From the NCBI GenBank assembly GCA_010356995.1, contig ML996695.1, forward strand, positions 257,061 through 321,060: a stretch of 64,000 nucleotides of DNA. The letters run 5' to 3'. The DNA is from Trichodelitschia bisporula (Eukaryota). The position numbers and the translations under genes were made by a program. Below the pieces are notes generated by a model that was given only the letters and a program-made list of their open reading frames with translations, was not told the origin of the DNA and ran no database searches. Every line of letters starts with the position of its first letter. Within the stretch, counting starts at the first letter, position 1. Positions 24,735 through 36,965 of the stretch are shown here, piece by piece.

Positions 24735-25243
24735 ATGTCGGAAACCTCACGGCTGAAAGCCACCGTTTACGTTGGCGGCCTGGAGAACGCAGTCAGCGAA
24801 GAGGTGCTTTACGCCGCCTTTATTCCCTTCGGTGACATTGCAAGCATATCGCTGCCCAAGCCCGACCTGCCATCGTCGAAAGATCGCCATCGCGGGTTTG
24901 GCTATGTTGAGTTTGAGGAAGCCGCCGATGCTAAGGAAGCTATCAACAACATGGACCAAAGTGAGCTCTTTGGGCGCGTCATCAAAGTTGCGGCGGCCAA
25001 GCCTCAGAAGGACCAGTCCGAAGGGTTGGGAAGCAAGACCGCCATTTGGGAGCAGGTGGGTGCATTCAGTGCTACTTCATATATGCTGCTGACTTGGTTT
25101 AGGAAGGATGGTTGGCGAAGTTCGCCGTCAGTGAAGAGGACCGGGAAGCCACTGAGCAGGCCAAGGAGATTGCATCTGCAGCGCCCGAAGACCCGATGCA
25201 AGGGCTTGAAGGGCTCGATGTCGCGGGGCCAAAACCGGAGTAA
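24735..25243 (+). CDS. PPIE/Cyp33-like RRM-only protein, 2 exons (24735-25055, 25103-25243)
   Basis: RNP2 VYVGGL, AFIPFGDI, RNP1 HRGFGYVEF and NMDQSELFGRVIKV are typical of the cyclophilin E RRM. No cyclophilin domain follows. Confidence 0.88.
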
Positions 25244-25368
25244 TGTATTGATCTACTTGAACACGCGTTCACAGCCTCATAGGAACTGGCGACTAGACAT
25301 CCATTTGAGATACCCCTAGCTATCTGTACAATATGACCGTTACCGCTTGCCAATTGTAGTCAAATTTC

Positions 25369-25905
25369 TCAGTGCTCATCGCCGTTGCTGCCCTGGCGGG
25401 TAAGACGAAGAGTCCGATCGGTGTAGAACTTGCGAACGGACGCAAATGCCGCAGCGAAGAGGGCGAAGCTAAGATTCTTAGTGGATGCTGTGACAACAGT
25501 TTCATACTCACCCCAAGACGACGCCTAGTAGAAGAACACGTTAGCAAGGAATGTCCCTTCTGGAGGAGGTGGCACATAGGTCCTCACCGAGCGGGATCAA
25601 TTCCGCGGGAATCTTCCGGAGGGTGCGGATGCGCTGGGAGATAGTGTGGGCTTCACGGCGGCAGCAGTCAGCACTGAGCCAGCTCTAAATCGATAGAAAT
25701 CAATTTCGGAACTGATCGCATACCACTATGCTCTTCCTTCTGCTCTAGCATTAGCAAACCGAAGCTGCCGAGGGAGCTGGCGTCATACCGGCACTGGGGC
25801 CATGAGCTTGCGGGTGGGCCGCATGTGCAAAAACTGCCGCTGCATGTTGATAATACGCGACGGCTGAGCCTGCAGTATGCGTGAACGAAGCATTGAGGCA
25901 GACAT
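25369..25905 (-). CDS. NDUFA4/COXFA4 (yeast Min8-like) small mitochondrial membrane protein, 5 exons (25905-25789, 25739-25724, 25650-25588, 25524-25512, 25468-25369)
   Basis: Manual splicing over four GT-AG introns gives MSASMLRSRILQAQPSRIINMQRQFLHMRPTRKLMAPVPKEEHSAHTISQRIRTLRKIPAELIPLGVVLGFALFAAAFASVRKFYTDRTLRLTRQGSNGDEH*. It has an Arg-rich presequence and an IPxELxPL-TM-KxxxDxTLRL signature. Confidence 0.8.
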
Positions 25906-26156
25906 AATGCTGGCGTGCAACGGGGGCGGAGTGGAGTGGGTGTCGGGTTGGTTGTTCGTGAAGAGCCGCTTCGGCAAGTACCCGTATGATGTTGCTAAGA
26001 AAAAGTGGCCCGTGCTCAAGCCCGCAATCATCAGGCGAGGCACAACTTCGTCTCCTCATCACCTCAGGTGCAATTGAGCCACTCCACCAACGTCGGACCT
26101 CTCTGTGTCTTTTCCCACTCTCCACTTAACATATCCTCTCGATCTTCATTTTCACG

Positions 26157-26758
26157 ATGTCCGAACATGAGTCCGGCGAGGATCGGGTCACCATGCCCTT
26201 CAAGTTCGTGACGGGTATGACCGCATCTTCTACCTCCAATTGATCAAGTCATCAAGCTAACAGTGTACAGCTGGTATGTAAAATGCGCCTAGTCAATGCG
26301 TCTACACTACGACATCATTTGTACGGCCTACAGCTTCATGCTAACACCCTTCGTCCGGCTCCAGGCTTTGACGCCCGTTTCCCGAACCAGAACCAGTAAA
26401 TACCTCAACATGTGAAAGGTGCAAAGGGCGCTGTCTAACCCATAACAGGACCAAGCACTGCTGGCAAAACTATGTGGACTACCACAAGTGCATCCTGGCT
26501 CGTGGCGAGGACTTTGCGCCGTGCCGTCAGGTGTGTGCCAGACTTGTCGCTTCCAGCGGCTTCTCCTGTTGCTCTCCTTCTGACGAGCTGTAGTTCTTCC
26601 TGGCCTACAGTTCGCTGTGCCCGAGCTCTTGGTGCCAGCGGTGGGACGACCAGCGCGGTAAGTCGAGACATCCCGGGAGATCAGCTTCCGATTGGCATCA
26701 TAATGCTAATGCCTTACCCACAGAGAAGGGCACCTTCCCCGTCCGCCTTGACCAGTAG
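26157..26758 (+). CDS. COX12: Cytochrome c oxidase subunit 6B, 6 exons (26157-26214, 26271-26273, 26365-26395, 26449-26530, 26594-26657, 26724-26758)
   Basis: Spliced product PFKFVTAGFDARFPNQNQTKHCWQNYVDYHKCILARGEDFAPCRQFFLAYSSLCPSSWCQRWDDQREKGTFP carries the twin-Cys COX6B pattern. Confidence 0.95.
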
Positions 26759-27851
26759 ATTGGCTCCGGATATGTTTCCGAGATAGAGTTGCGAAGACTG
26801 CGAGAATAGCAAGATCCCCGGTATCCGAAATATGCCGGTCCAATTTGGCTTTCACGTACTTGACATCTCAAGAGGACTCGGCATTGTGAATAGATATGGA
26901 GAATAAAGGCAGCTTATGCAGACTTTTGGCTTGCTAACTAAGCAAATGTGAGATTACAGAATACGCGTTCCCGAGCTGCTGCGACTACAACCCCGCTCAA
27001 CCCAACGCTCTTTGGCACCTCCACCGTTCCGCGGCTCGCGGGCAGACGATCCAATCGTAGCCTTAGACGACGGCTTAATGGCGAGACCGCCGCGCCTGTG
27101 CCGCATGAAGCTTGGTTGCTGGATATATCAAGGCCAAGGTTCACCATCCTTCGTGCCTTCGGCTGACTTGGGCGAGGAATTTCCTTTATACTCTCGTTTA
27201 TTTCCAAGTCCTTGGCCTCCAGACGACTCTTGTTCCTGCATACTGGCCCATTGACGGTTCCTGGGCGCATGGATTTTAATCTGTTTTGAAGCGAGCGATG
27301 GTCATTGCGCTGCACGGGCCTCAATGAACGCAGCACGCCATATTCCTGATGAACGAACGCGATAGTCAAATACGCTCACGAATGGCTACCTGACGCTGGA
27401 TAGCCAATCTGGGATAAACCTTACGGCATTTTCTGTCTTCTTTCTCGCGCCGCATCTGTTGTTGCGAATCGACTCGTCCAGAGGTGGTTATATCAGCCGA
27501 GGCAGGCCCCTGCATGTCGTCAGCTCGGGCAATATACTCCAGCCCAGCCTTGCCTGAGCTCATTTGGTATTAACCTGCACCAGATTAAAGATCTCTGAAC
27601 ACGATGCCGGGGTAACACATTCCGAGCGCGCATCAACCGTGAAATGCCAGTGTCAGAGTGCCCTAGCTTGCGAATATGGTATATCTAGATATGGATGCTC
27701 CTCCGACTTCCCCTCACCCACTTTTTGGCTTACAGTACTTTTGTTTGGAGGATCTAGCCTTTTGTCTCAGTCTCTGAACCTTTGGGTTCACGTCACTCGT
27801 TCATCGTCTGTTTTTAATTGGAATCGCCTTGGGCGGTCGCAGGTCGAAACC

Positions 27852-29783
27852 ATGGCCATCACCAAAACCCTCACTCTGCTGGCCTACCTGGCCCTTTTGG
27901 CGCCATGCCACGCCAAGGCAAATATGAAAATGGTTGAGAGCGTCAAACAGGCCGCTCTGGTACAGCAAGGTTGGAGCGTAGCCCGGACTCCAGCGCTGGA
28001 GGAAACGGTCACTCTCCAGGTTGCCCTTACGCTCACGGACGAGGAAAAGCTCTTCCAAAAGCTTCGGGACGTTTCAGATCCCAAGTCCAAGGAATACGGA
28101 AAATATCTGGACCGTGATGATGTCAATGCCATCATCAAGCCCAGCGACGAGGCGAACAATGCGGTGGTTAGCTGGCTGAAGGAATCGGGAGCGTCGTACG
28201 TCCACAGTGACGGGACTTGGGTCACTTTCCAAACGACGGTTGGGAAGGCCAACGAGCTGCTTGAGGCGGACTTCGTGCAATATCAGCGGGACGGAGTGAA
28301 CAAGGTCCGCACGACTTCGTACTCTGTCCCTGCGGAGATTGCTCAGCATATTGATTTCATCCATCCGACGACCTTCTTCGGGAAGACAGCCGCCTTTAAC
28401 CCCGTCCTGATTCCTAGGCAGCCGATCCCGGTGCCCCGTCCTGGCAAGCATTGGTATGAGAAGCGGCAAACGGCTTCGTGCCGGCAGTCAATTACCCCGG
28501 GCTGTCTCAAGGCATTTTACAACGTCGGCAACTACACCGCGGATCCGAAAGCGGGTAGCAAAATCGGCTTCGGCAGCTTCCTCAACGAGAGCGCCCGCTA
28601 CGAGGACCTGCGCCTCTATGAGCAGCGCTTCAAGATCCCGTCCCAGAACTTCACCAAGATCTTCGTCAACAACGCGACGGACGACCAGTCCACGAGCTCT
28701 ACGAGTGCCGGCGAGGCCAACTTGGATGTACAGAACATAATTGGCATCGCAGCTCCTCTGCCGGTGTACGAGTTCCTCACTGCTGGTTCGCCTCCTTTTA
28801 TTCCTGACCTGGACCTTCCGACCGCGGCGAACAACTCCAACGAGCCGTATGTCCCGTACTACCAGTTCCTCGTCTCGAAGAAGAATTCGGAGCTGCCGCA
28901 GGTTATTTCCAACTCCTACGGCGAGCCGGAGCATACCGTCCCTTACCAGTATGCTCGGCGCACCTGCACTCTGGCTGCCGTTCTTGGTCTCCGCGGCATT
29001 TCGGTGCTTGAATCCTCGGGTGATACCGGCATCGGGAGCGGGTGCAAGGCCAACGATGGCACCAATAGGACTCAGTTCAATCCTATCTTCCCGGCAACTT
29101 GCCCGTACATCACTGCCGTTGGTGGAACTGAAGTATGTATCCAGTACCCACTTGAAGAGTAATCATTAACACCGCACAGTCCGCCTATCCCGAGGTTGCG
29201 TGGGAGGACTCGTCCGGCGGTTTCTCGTACTACTTCCCCCGCCCTTGGTATCAATATTACCATGTCCAAGACGTACGTCAAGCCCCCGCAGTACCAAACG
29301 CAATGCTAATCCGCACAGTACCTGGAGACGGGCATCTCCAACGCGACGCTCAAGTACTACGCCCCATACTTCAACCGCTACGGCCGCGGCTTCCCCGACG
29401 TCGCCGCCCACAGCCTGCATCCAAACTATGAAGTCTTCGTTAACAACCGGCTCCGCGCAAGCGGCGGTACCAGCGCTGCAGCACCGGTGTGGGCGGGTTT
29501 GATCGGGTTGCTCAACGATGCGCGGATCCGTGCAGGTCTGCCGACGCTGGGTTTCCTGAATCCGTGGCTGTATGGTGATAATGACAAGTTCCTGGTCGAC
29601 ATCACGGCGGGCTCGGCGATTGGGTGCGACGGCATCAATCACCAGACTGGCTTCAAGTTCGAGGGCGCTGGTATCGTGCCTTGGGCTAGCTGGAATGGGA
29701 CGGTGGGGTGGGATCCTGCGACTGGATTGGGCATTCCGGATTTCCAGAAGATGCTGAAGAATGTGGTTGCGGATGAGAAGTAG
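27852..29783 (+). CDS. Secreted tripeptidyl peptidase (sedolisin, family S53), 3 exons (27852-29132, 29180-29272, 29319-29783)
   Basis: Signal peptide, pro-domain (SDPKSKEYGKYL), EANLD, SSGDTG, RGFPDVAA, catalytic GGTSAAAP and GWDPATGLG. Confidence 0.95.
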
Positions 29784-31347
29784 ACTCGGGATTGGTGTTT
29801 GGGCAGCAACTCCATGATGAGTATTCAGAGTTGCTCTCTGAGATCCCAGTCCGTGTAGTAGTATATATTGTCATGTGAAAAGAATGTTCACTTGTCGAGC
29901 TTCTCCGAGCCAATTGTGTTGCCTTCCACCATGCATCCGTCCAGAGCAGCACTTGCTCATGTCGCTCCAGCACTGACTGCTTACAGTAAGGCTGGCGAAA
30001 GAGGTGATGTGACAGCAAATGATGTGATCGGATTTATGAGATCCCTTCCGGAAGAAGCCGCGGATCCATCCGCCTCCCGGGTCTCAGCCTTGGAACATGT
30101 GGCTGGCAGCTGAGAAACCTCGATCTTCCGTTTCAAGGATCTGAGACCCTTGCCTATTTTTACTCGTGATTCTCAGGAGGATCTGGACTTTAGTGAATTG
30201 ATATTCCATCGAATCCATCCTTCGGGTCTTGTGGCGAATGCTTCGGCGCCCAAGGCTGAAGCCTCCTGTCCACTGTATCACCGTCACCCGAAGATCTTTG
30301 CCCTTTGCCGACTCCCGGTGAAGGACCAATTCATTGACACCTAACCCACGAGCAGCACAGAGCTGTCTTACCGAGCAGTCTCGCAGCTGATTCATCACCA
30401 TGCACATCTTCCTCTCTCCACTCAGGCATATGGACCTCGTAGCACTCTCAACGAGACACAAGCGTACGCCATCTCGTATCTATCCCGCTCTCACAGCGAA
30501 GCCCACGACTCAAGTCTAGTGACAAGAAGACCAGTCAGCCAGCGGGGAGCCGAAGCGCTACAACAACCGGCATCCGGCCTCGCCCCGAGGGCACTGCGCG
30601 CGGCAAGGATCCACGGACGCACCAGACGACCGGCGGGCTGGGTCTGGACGACAACTGCGCGCTAGAGTTAGCAAGTGGACTGCTGCCAGGCGCCATTGGA
30701 AAGCTGCATGCGCGATGGCGATGGGGAGGAGTGGAGGCGCCGTTGGCCTTTGCACGATCGAGACGCGCGTCCACAATCGAAGTCCGAAGCTCCTTCGTAT
30801 CGACTTCGCAAATGCGGCGCACGTTCACTATCTCAATGCACAACAACCGAGAAAGCGGGAACGGGGTGGGTCGCCAGCGCACCGATCGAAGCCGACCGCC
30901 GCACGACCCCAATAGCGTCGCATTAATAGCGGATGCGCGTTGCATCATCACCTTTTCAAGTGGTATCTTTTGGAAACATGCCGCCCCTCATCCCATGCCT
31001 TCCATCATGCCAGGTGCCACCAACCTTCAACTCCAACCCCTGATAATGCTTGTGGAACAACTGCACCTAGCTAGTACGCAGTGCCATGCTCCCCGCTAAA
31101 CAAACGCCAGTAGATTCGAGACCGCAATGGTCTCGCGCAATTAACGATTCCCCGCTTGCTGGATGCATATGCTGAACTCCGTTTTCTCCCACCTCCAGAC
31201 GCCTAGATATGCTGTTGGTTTTCGTCTTCCATATGACCCAAGATGAATAATTACGATGAATGACCCAAAATGCCAATACCAAAAAGCGGATTATGCTGAA
31301 TATCTAATGGCGAGAACCAAACAAATCGAAGTCAAATGGTCATGAAA

Positions 31348-32643
31348 TCAGCTGCTGTCGTCGCTCGCCACGACGCTAGAGCATGTGCTCCAAGCAATGG
31401 TCGAAGGCGTACTGCGGTTCTCGGTGGAAGCCACAGATTGTGCGTCCTCCGGAGAGGCTCGATTGGTATCCTGTGGTCCCAGTGTCCAGACCCATTCGCG
31501 GCGACGCTTTCGACGGCCCGCGACCGGCGTTTCCGGACAGGAATCGCTGTCCGATTCAGAAGAAGAGTCTCGCTTATCACCTGCCCGAGGGGAGTGCGGC
31601 TTTATTCGCGTTCTGCTAAAGCGGTAGGTGGAACGCCGATGGGTCCGCGGCGGAGAAAATTTGGAAGCCTTGGGTGACGGTGCGAATGGTGACGATGGTG
31701 AGGGCAAGGGCATCGTGAGAGATAAAGGTGCGGATGTGAAGAGAGAAAGCTTGGCTTTGGGGGTGGCAGGAGTTGATTCTATACCAGACATGGAGGTTGC
31801 CGAGTCATTGCTGAATGATGACAGCGAAAGTCCTCCAGTGGGAATAGATAATGCCGGTATACCGGTGGAAGCTGGGATTGCATCACCGTCGGAAATGGTC
31901 AATGAAGTCTCTCCGGGAGTCGACGGCGACAGGTCCTCAGTAGGAGGGGATGCCATATCAGTGTCGGCGACTGGAGGAGGCGGAGGTTTTGAGTTGACTC
32001 CCTCATCATACGGTTCCGTCTCATCAATGTCGGAATGAGCATAGATGAACTGGGTGTTCACAATTTCCACTTTGATTGGATCCCGAAAGGCGACCCGCTT
32101 TTGCGCGGGGAATAGTGGGCGAGAGGCCGTCCTGCGGAAATCCGTTCGTGGCAGTGGGCTGTTCCGAAGAATTGATTTGAGGTTGTGGTTCGGCTTGTAT
32201 GCGGGTACTGTTGGAGCAGATACGGTCGAGGCTGAGGACACCGATGACGAGCTTGGCGTCCTAGAGTCCAACGACTCTGGAGTCGACGGTGATTGAAGTT
32301 CCAGGCTACTGACAGAACTGTCAATGGACAGCCTTGGTCGCTCAAGCTTTGCGGGGCAGGAGTTCAGCGAAGCCTGCTCAAATGCGTTCTGGAAGGTGTT
32401 CCTGGCGGTAGGCGAGACGGCGGATAATGTTTCCAGGCGCAAGCTTGTTCCTTTGCCAAAAGTGCGAGTCTGGGCGGTGTTGAGGGAGAGCCTGGGACGC
32501 TGAGGTCTGGAGGGAGTCTGTTCATGTTGCGCGGGCCGTAATGACGGCGCCATGGCGAGGGAGGTCGTCATTATAGAGGGCGGAGGGTTGTGAGGTTGCG
32601 CGAGTTGAGTCTGCTGCATAGGTGGAGCAGGCAGCATGAACAT
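31348..32643 (-). CDS. Ser/Pro-rich disordered hypothetical protein
   Basis: 431-aa single ORF with motif islands SPTARNT, LKSILRNSPLP, KRVAF (RVxF) and RRKRRREWVWTLG. Confidence 0.8.
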   Translation of the reverse strand: MFMLPAPPMQQTQLAQPHNPPPSIMTTSLAMAPSLRPAQHEQTPSRPQRPRLSLNTAQTRTFGKGTSLRLETLSAVSPTARNTFQNAFEQASLNSCPAKLERPRLSIDSSVSSLELQSPSTPESLDSRTPSSSSVSSASTVSAPTVPAYKPNHNLKSILRNSPLPRTDFRRTASRPLFPAQKRVAFRDPIKVEIVNTQFIYAHSDIDETEPYDEGVNSKPPPPPVADTDMASPPTEDLSPSTPGETSLTISDGDAIPASTGIPALSIPTGGLSLSSFSNDSATSMSGIESTPATPKAKLSLFTSAPLSLTMPLPSPSSPFAPSPKASKFSPPRTHRRSTYRFSRTRIKPHSPRAGDKRDSSSESDSDSCPETPVAGRRKRRREWVWTLGPQDTNRASPEDAQSVASTENRSTPSTIAWSTCSSVVASDDSS

Positions 32644-34509
32644 TATGAGGGAGGGGGAGGGGGACAGCTGAAATGATGTATGTCCTGTGAGCCGAGAGGC
32701 GTGCGCTACTTGAAAAGGATTACGGCAGCGATTGCGGATTGCGCCTGAGGTCCTCGTGTGAGATCAGGCTGCGCGTTGAATGGTGTAAGAAGCGCAGCAA
32801 CAAGATCCAACAGCAAGGCGCAGGTGGCTTAAGGTAAGAGAAAGGCCACAGTTCAATCCGCTGACCAACGAACAAATGGAGAAGAGGTCAGCGGAAGGAA
32901 GCGGAGATGGGTGAGCAGGAGGAGGGGTGGAGAGGGGAGGAGGGGGTAGTAGTAGGGCGCAAAGGCGGAGAGGTGGGAGGGAACTAGTGGAGGTGGTAAG
33001 AGGCTTTAGATGGAGAGTAGGTGCGGGGGGAGAGGAGGGGAGGGAGGGGATATGTGTGCTCGGAGCAGGGTGATAAGACATATATACGATGGTACAGATT
33101 GTACTTGGACTATGCGCCTACAGTACGTGCAATTCTTCTGTGCAATTCTGTGCCATCACTCTTTTCATGTGCAGTGTGCATCCGTGCAAGGCTAGGCAAG
33201 GGCTCCATAGCATATGGAAATTGCCTTGGACACCCATTCTAGGGAAAGGGCAGGGACGACCCAAGGAAGAGGTAGTGGGTCAGGTCAATTCCGTCCCATC
33301 CAGGAAGGGGTTGCCCCAGTTTGGTAGTGAATAGGGAATTAACTGTTAGAAAAGTTGAAGGGACGCCTTTGGGGGAAAGAAGTGACGACATGAAGATGAG
33401 GCAGGAAGTGAGAGAAGTCGAGATGTGCTAGAGAAGGCTCGATGAGTGGCAGTGGAAGCTACTGCAGCCGCGCTAACTACAGCGGACCTGCACTAGCGGC
33501 TAACCATCCCCCAGCACAAGTCGAATTTATTTATGGCTGCAGGGCGAGACGCACCTGCCTGGTTTGCTGCTCAAGAGATGGTGGATGGTGAATTTGCTGC
33601 TTCCTTCATCCGCCATCCCGTCTCCCATCCACACCTGCTGGAAATATTCCCAAACTTTGCCTCATCCCCTGCGAGAGACTTCGCTTCTTCGTCCTGTCAA
33701 AGGCCTTGATGCCCATAGTCCCAGCAAGCCACCGGCCATCCAATCCCATGTTCTAGCCTCTTCAATTCGTCGTGTCTTTGATGATTTATGATCTTCCGGA
33801 AAGAACTCTCAAAGGGCACCCCAAGGGAGTCAAGCTCTCATGTGGCCCTAAATAGCACTTTAACTGGCCGTGTCGATCACTTTCCACATTCCACCGTTTT
33901 TGCCATTTGCCATTTGCCCGCAATGCAGCAAACTCATTCCCATCGTCGCATCGTCTCCTCCACTTACCAAGGGAGTCCTTTCTGATCCAGCTGAGCGAAA
34001 GAGAAGCTCCACTCTTGCATGGCATGCATCCACAGTCCACGTATCCGCCACTCCAAATACGTCGTCTTCTCACAGGATCCTCCCTGGCCGCGTGCCCGGC
34101 CCGCTGCTTGTTGGGACGGCCCGCTTCGGTGAGCTGCGTGACTGGCCAACCGACTGATCGCCTTTTTGCCCCTTTCGCTCCCTCACCCTCTCACATCCTC
34201 TTGTACTTTTTGCTGCTGCATCCCAATCCATCCCGACGGGCGTCCCTCAGCAGCCGGTTTTACAGTTACTCTTGACCGTACTTCAAACCTGGTGCCCGCC
34301 CCCAACGCCAAAAGGCTCGAGTGGCGAGGACGTGCGACGCCTACGGGCCGCCAGATATGGAAGCCTATGTATAGTTGCACCCTAACCATCGCCTCCATCC
34401 ATTCTCCTGCTACTTCACACTCTGCCCTCGGCTGGGGCCGCTGCGACATCCATATCCGTGACATTCCTTTCTGGGCATAAGCCTTCATGGATGTGCCCCA
34501 TCCGGTGCG

Positions 34510-36965
34510 ATGGATAGCGGCAGATCCTCAAAGAGACGTGACCATCGTATAATCATCCACTTCGTGAGTTCCACCGGCCTGTTCTCGTTCCCGTGTCATC
34601 ATCCCACCTCCTCCTCAACGCGCCTCAACTTGCCACTATGGCGCCAATGATAATCGTCCATCTATCTTCGGCGACCGTAGTGTGCCGTAGAGTTGCCCAT
34701 GACAGTTGGGCGTCGGGCCGCGTCTGTGACTTGCGTGTTCGCTCGCTTACCTCTATTCTTTCTGCACTGCTAGGACTACCAGAGCTTCTATGCTGCCGTA
34801 TTCGAGGCTGAAGACCCATCTTTGAAGACAGTACCCTTTGGCGTCCAACAAAAGCAGGTAAGCCGGGCTTCTGCCGCGCCTTGGCGGATCATGCTCCGCC
34901 ACGGACAGCCCTCCGCAAGCCTGGATGTTTACGACGTCATGCTCAGATTATTGTCACGTGTAATTATGAGGCGCGCAAAAGAGTAAGCCTTCAACACTAG
35001 TCATTGCCCTACTATATTTGGATGTTGAGCCTTGTAGGGTTTGCATAAGCTTCAACTCGTTCGAGATGCGAAGAAGATATGTCCCGAAGTGGTCATTCTG
35101 CTCGGCGAGGATCTGTCAAAGTTCCGAGATGTCTCGAAAAGGCTTTACAGCTTCCTCAGAAGCTTCTCATGGAGCAATAAGCTCGAGCGACTCGGGTTCG
35201 ACGAGGTCAGTATGTTTCGGGCTAGCATCCACCCCGTCGACGTTGCACAGTTGCAGGATATGTCGTGGAAGCATCTGTTTCTCATGTTACCCGAATGCGG
35301 GCATTTCGAACGCCATATTCGGTCACCTTATCTCCCACTATGTTTCACTTTGTCTCTTTGCATTGTCCCCAAGCCCTTGAGTTAAGGCATTGTTGTTAGG
35401 CGCCATCAGCGTTACGGCCTCCCTCTAACTACAGACAGGTATTCATGGACGTTACCGATATGGTTGACTATAACGCCGAGCTGGTCAACCACCGGGACCT
35501 AAGCAACTCCTTTTTTTGCATGTCCCGAGACGATCCAACCGTCGGCTTCCCATTTGATGCCTCTCATGTGGCTGGCCATACCTACCCGGGGCACAGAAAT
35601 GGCGCACAGATCCCCGAAAGCGACACCTTACTACTGCGGCTACGTCTTGGATCTCATCTGGCCAGTCACATTCACGCTCAATTGGAGGAGCAAATGGGTT
35701 ACGTCTCTGCGGTCGGCATCTCGACGTCAAAGTTGCTGAGCAAACTCGCGGGAACTATGCATAAGCCACGCGGGCTGACAACCTTGCTCCCGCCGTATGT
35801 CCCGCAGGATGACGAGCCAGGCAATGTCATTCTATTTATGGATCAGTTTGACGTCGGGAAAGTTCCGAACATCAGCTCGCGGATGGCACGCAAGCTCCAA
35901 GATCATTTGTCTCAGAGGAGTCCACATGGCGACCAGGAAAGGACCTATCAAGGCCCGAAGGGGCTTACTGTACGAGATGTACGTACGTCGCCAGGAATGG
36001 GTCCCATCCTGCTTGACAGACTCCTCAGCGGTCCTGGAGTCCCGCATGGTGTGGGTGCTAAGCTATGGGACCTCTTGAACGGCATTGACAACACCGAAGT
36101 GGGCCAAGCAAGAGACGTACCACGCCAAATCAGTATTGAAGATAGCTATGGTCGGCTAGACAAACTGGAAGATGTCCAGTTGGAGCTCGGCAAGCTTGCT
36201 CGGAGTTTGATCAAGCGGATGAGGATCGATCTGACGGATGATGATGATGACGCCGATGAGAAGGCAGAAAAAGAGGACGAAAGATGCCCGTCCAACCTTC
36301 CAAATGCCGGAACGCGTCGCTGGCTGGCGTACCCGAAAACGCTGCGGTTATCCACGCGCCCACGTCCGCCGGCCAACTCGGATGCAAGTCGATCCTACAA
36401 CCACGGCCGCATATCGCGGTCCGCTCCCATGCCTCCGTTCATGCACAACCTCACAGAGAGTGTTGATACGATTGCAGAGAAGCTGGTTACTGACAATCTA
36501 GTACCCTTATTTCGTCGCCTGCACCCCAAAAAAGACGGTTGGAACCTCAGCTTGATGAACGTTGCTGTGACCGACATGACCGAGGGGGCAGGTGACAGCA
36601 AAAACGCTAGCGGAAGAGATATAGGAAAGATGTTCAAAGCGCAGGAGCACAGTTTGAAGTCGTGGAATGCTGGGGAACAGGACGTCCCACCTCCCCAGAA
36701 CCCAGGAGATATGGAAATTTTGGATCCAGTCGTTCAACGCAGTACATCTTCCGACTGGCAAGGATCTGAAGATACAATGCCGCTTTCACAGAGCAGCCAA
36801 GCCTCGTACATTCACGGTGGGTGGGAGTCCGAGGAGGATGGTGATGATGGTCGGTACTCTTCTGAACTGTCACTCTGTACTCTCTGTGGCGCTAGGATGC
36901 CCGACTTTGCATACCCTGCCCACCAGAGATTCCATGAGGCTGATGACCGCGGAAAGCCTTTTTGA
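34510..36965 (+). CDS. Y-family translesion DNA polymerase (Pol iota-like), 5 exons (34510-34563, 34774-34857, 34947-34982, 35038-35205, 35439-36965)
   Basis: Spliced RIIIHF|DYQSFYAAV, VQQKQ|IIVTCNYEARKRGL, ERLGFDE|VFMDVT, SAVGISTSKLLSKLAG..KP, and a C-terminal UBZ-like CTLC...HQRFH. Confidence 0.92.

Noticed and set aside
27564..27851. N-terminal extension of the S53 peptidase in the ORF track
   Set aside because: It has a non-ATG start, and the signal peptide begins at ATG 27852.
29813..29845. C/D box snoRNA-like ATGATGA...CTGA
   Set aside because: The boxes are too close together, lie in a 3' UTR, and have no recognisable guide.
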